Part shown: positions 63,918-64,000 of the stretch, one piece after another
Position numbering within the stretch: position 1 is the stretch's first letter
How the letters are laid out: each line of letters starts with the position of its first letter
Notes under the pieces: model-generated
What the model was told of the DNA's origin: nothing
Databases searched by the model: none
What the model saw: the letters and a program-made list of their open reading frames with translations, nothing else
Translations under genes and position numbers: made by a program
Source: Pristiophorus japonicus
Taxonomy: Eukaryota
Length of the DNA stretch: 64,000 nucleotides
Direction of reading: 5' to 3'
NCBI RefSeq assembly: GCF_044704955.1
Contig: NC_091999.1
Span: 10,416,001 to 10,480,000, forward strand

Positions 63918-64000
63918 ACATCTAAGAGTTGCATTGTATGAACCCATTCACAAACCTAGACGTCCCAAAGCGCTTCACAGCCAATGACATACTGCTTGAA
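63918..64000 (-). mobile_element. 3' end of a DeuSINE/SacSINE-like SINE, running off the window
   Basis: Reverse strand cattggctgtgaagcgctttgggacgtc matches, from memory, the 3' region of this SINE group. Confidence 0.6.

Noticed and set aside
1-64000. D, J or constant segments; IgH-like or NAR-type V genes
   Set aside because: I found no 12-RSS followed by FGxG, no C-domain exon, and no VH- or VNAR-like motifs by eye; very short D segments could have been missed.

Overview
Vertebrate genomic DNA, most likely a cartilaginous fish (inferred from the CR1 LINE families, a DeuSINE-like tail and the V-gene style). The window lies inside the variable-gene array of a T-cell receptor alpha/delta locus. 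I read 18 V segments (leader exon, intron, V exon, 3' recombination signal [RSS]) from about six families, which I label X, Y, W, Z, Q and P. Three have open, spliceable frames: 14902-15418 (+), 24398-24830 (+) and 46887-47319 (-). The other 15 are pseudogenes. Much of the window is a duplicated 7-gene cassette (A ~3170-18612, B ~26071-45402), plus inverted partial copies. It is riddled with CR1 LINEs, including a full-length one with a 19 x 70-bp TATA-monomer 5' end that inserted into a V exon. There are also a truncated Gypsy element, a related solo LTR, and RTE, L2 and SINE fragments. No D, J or C segments were recognised. Most interesting: CTCF-like motifs at stereotyped positions beside V promoters and directly behind RSSs, a V family with a conserved 24-nt RSS spacer, V genes in both orientations, a Trp41->Leu V family, and the CR1 monomer promoter array. 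Coordinates were counted by eye; repeat boundaries are approximate.
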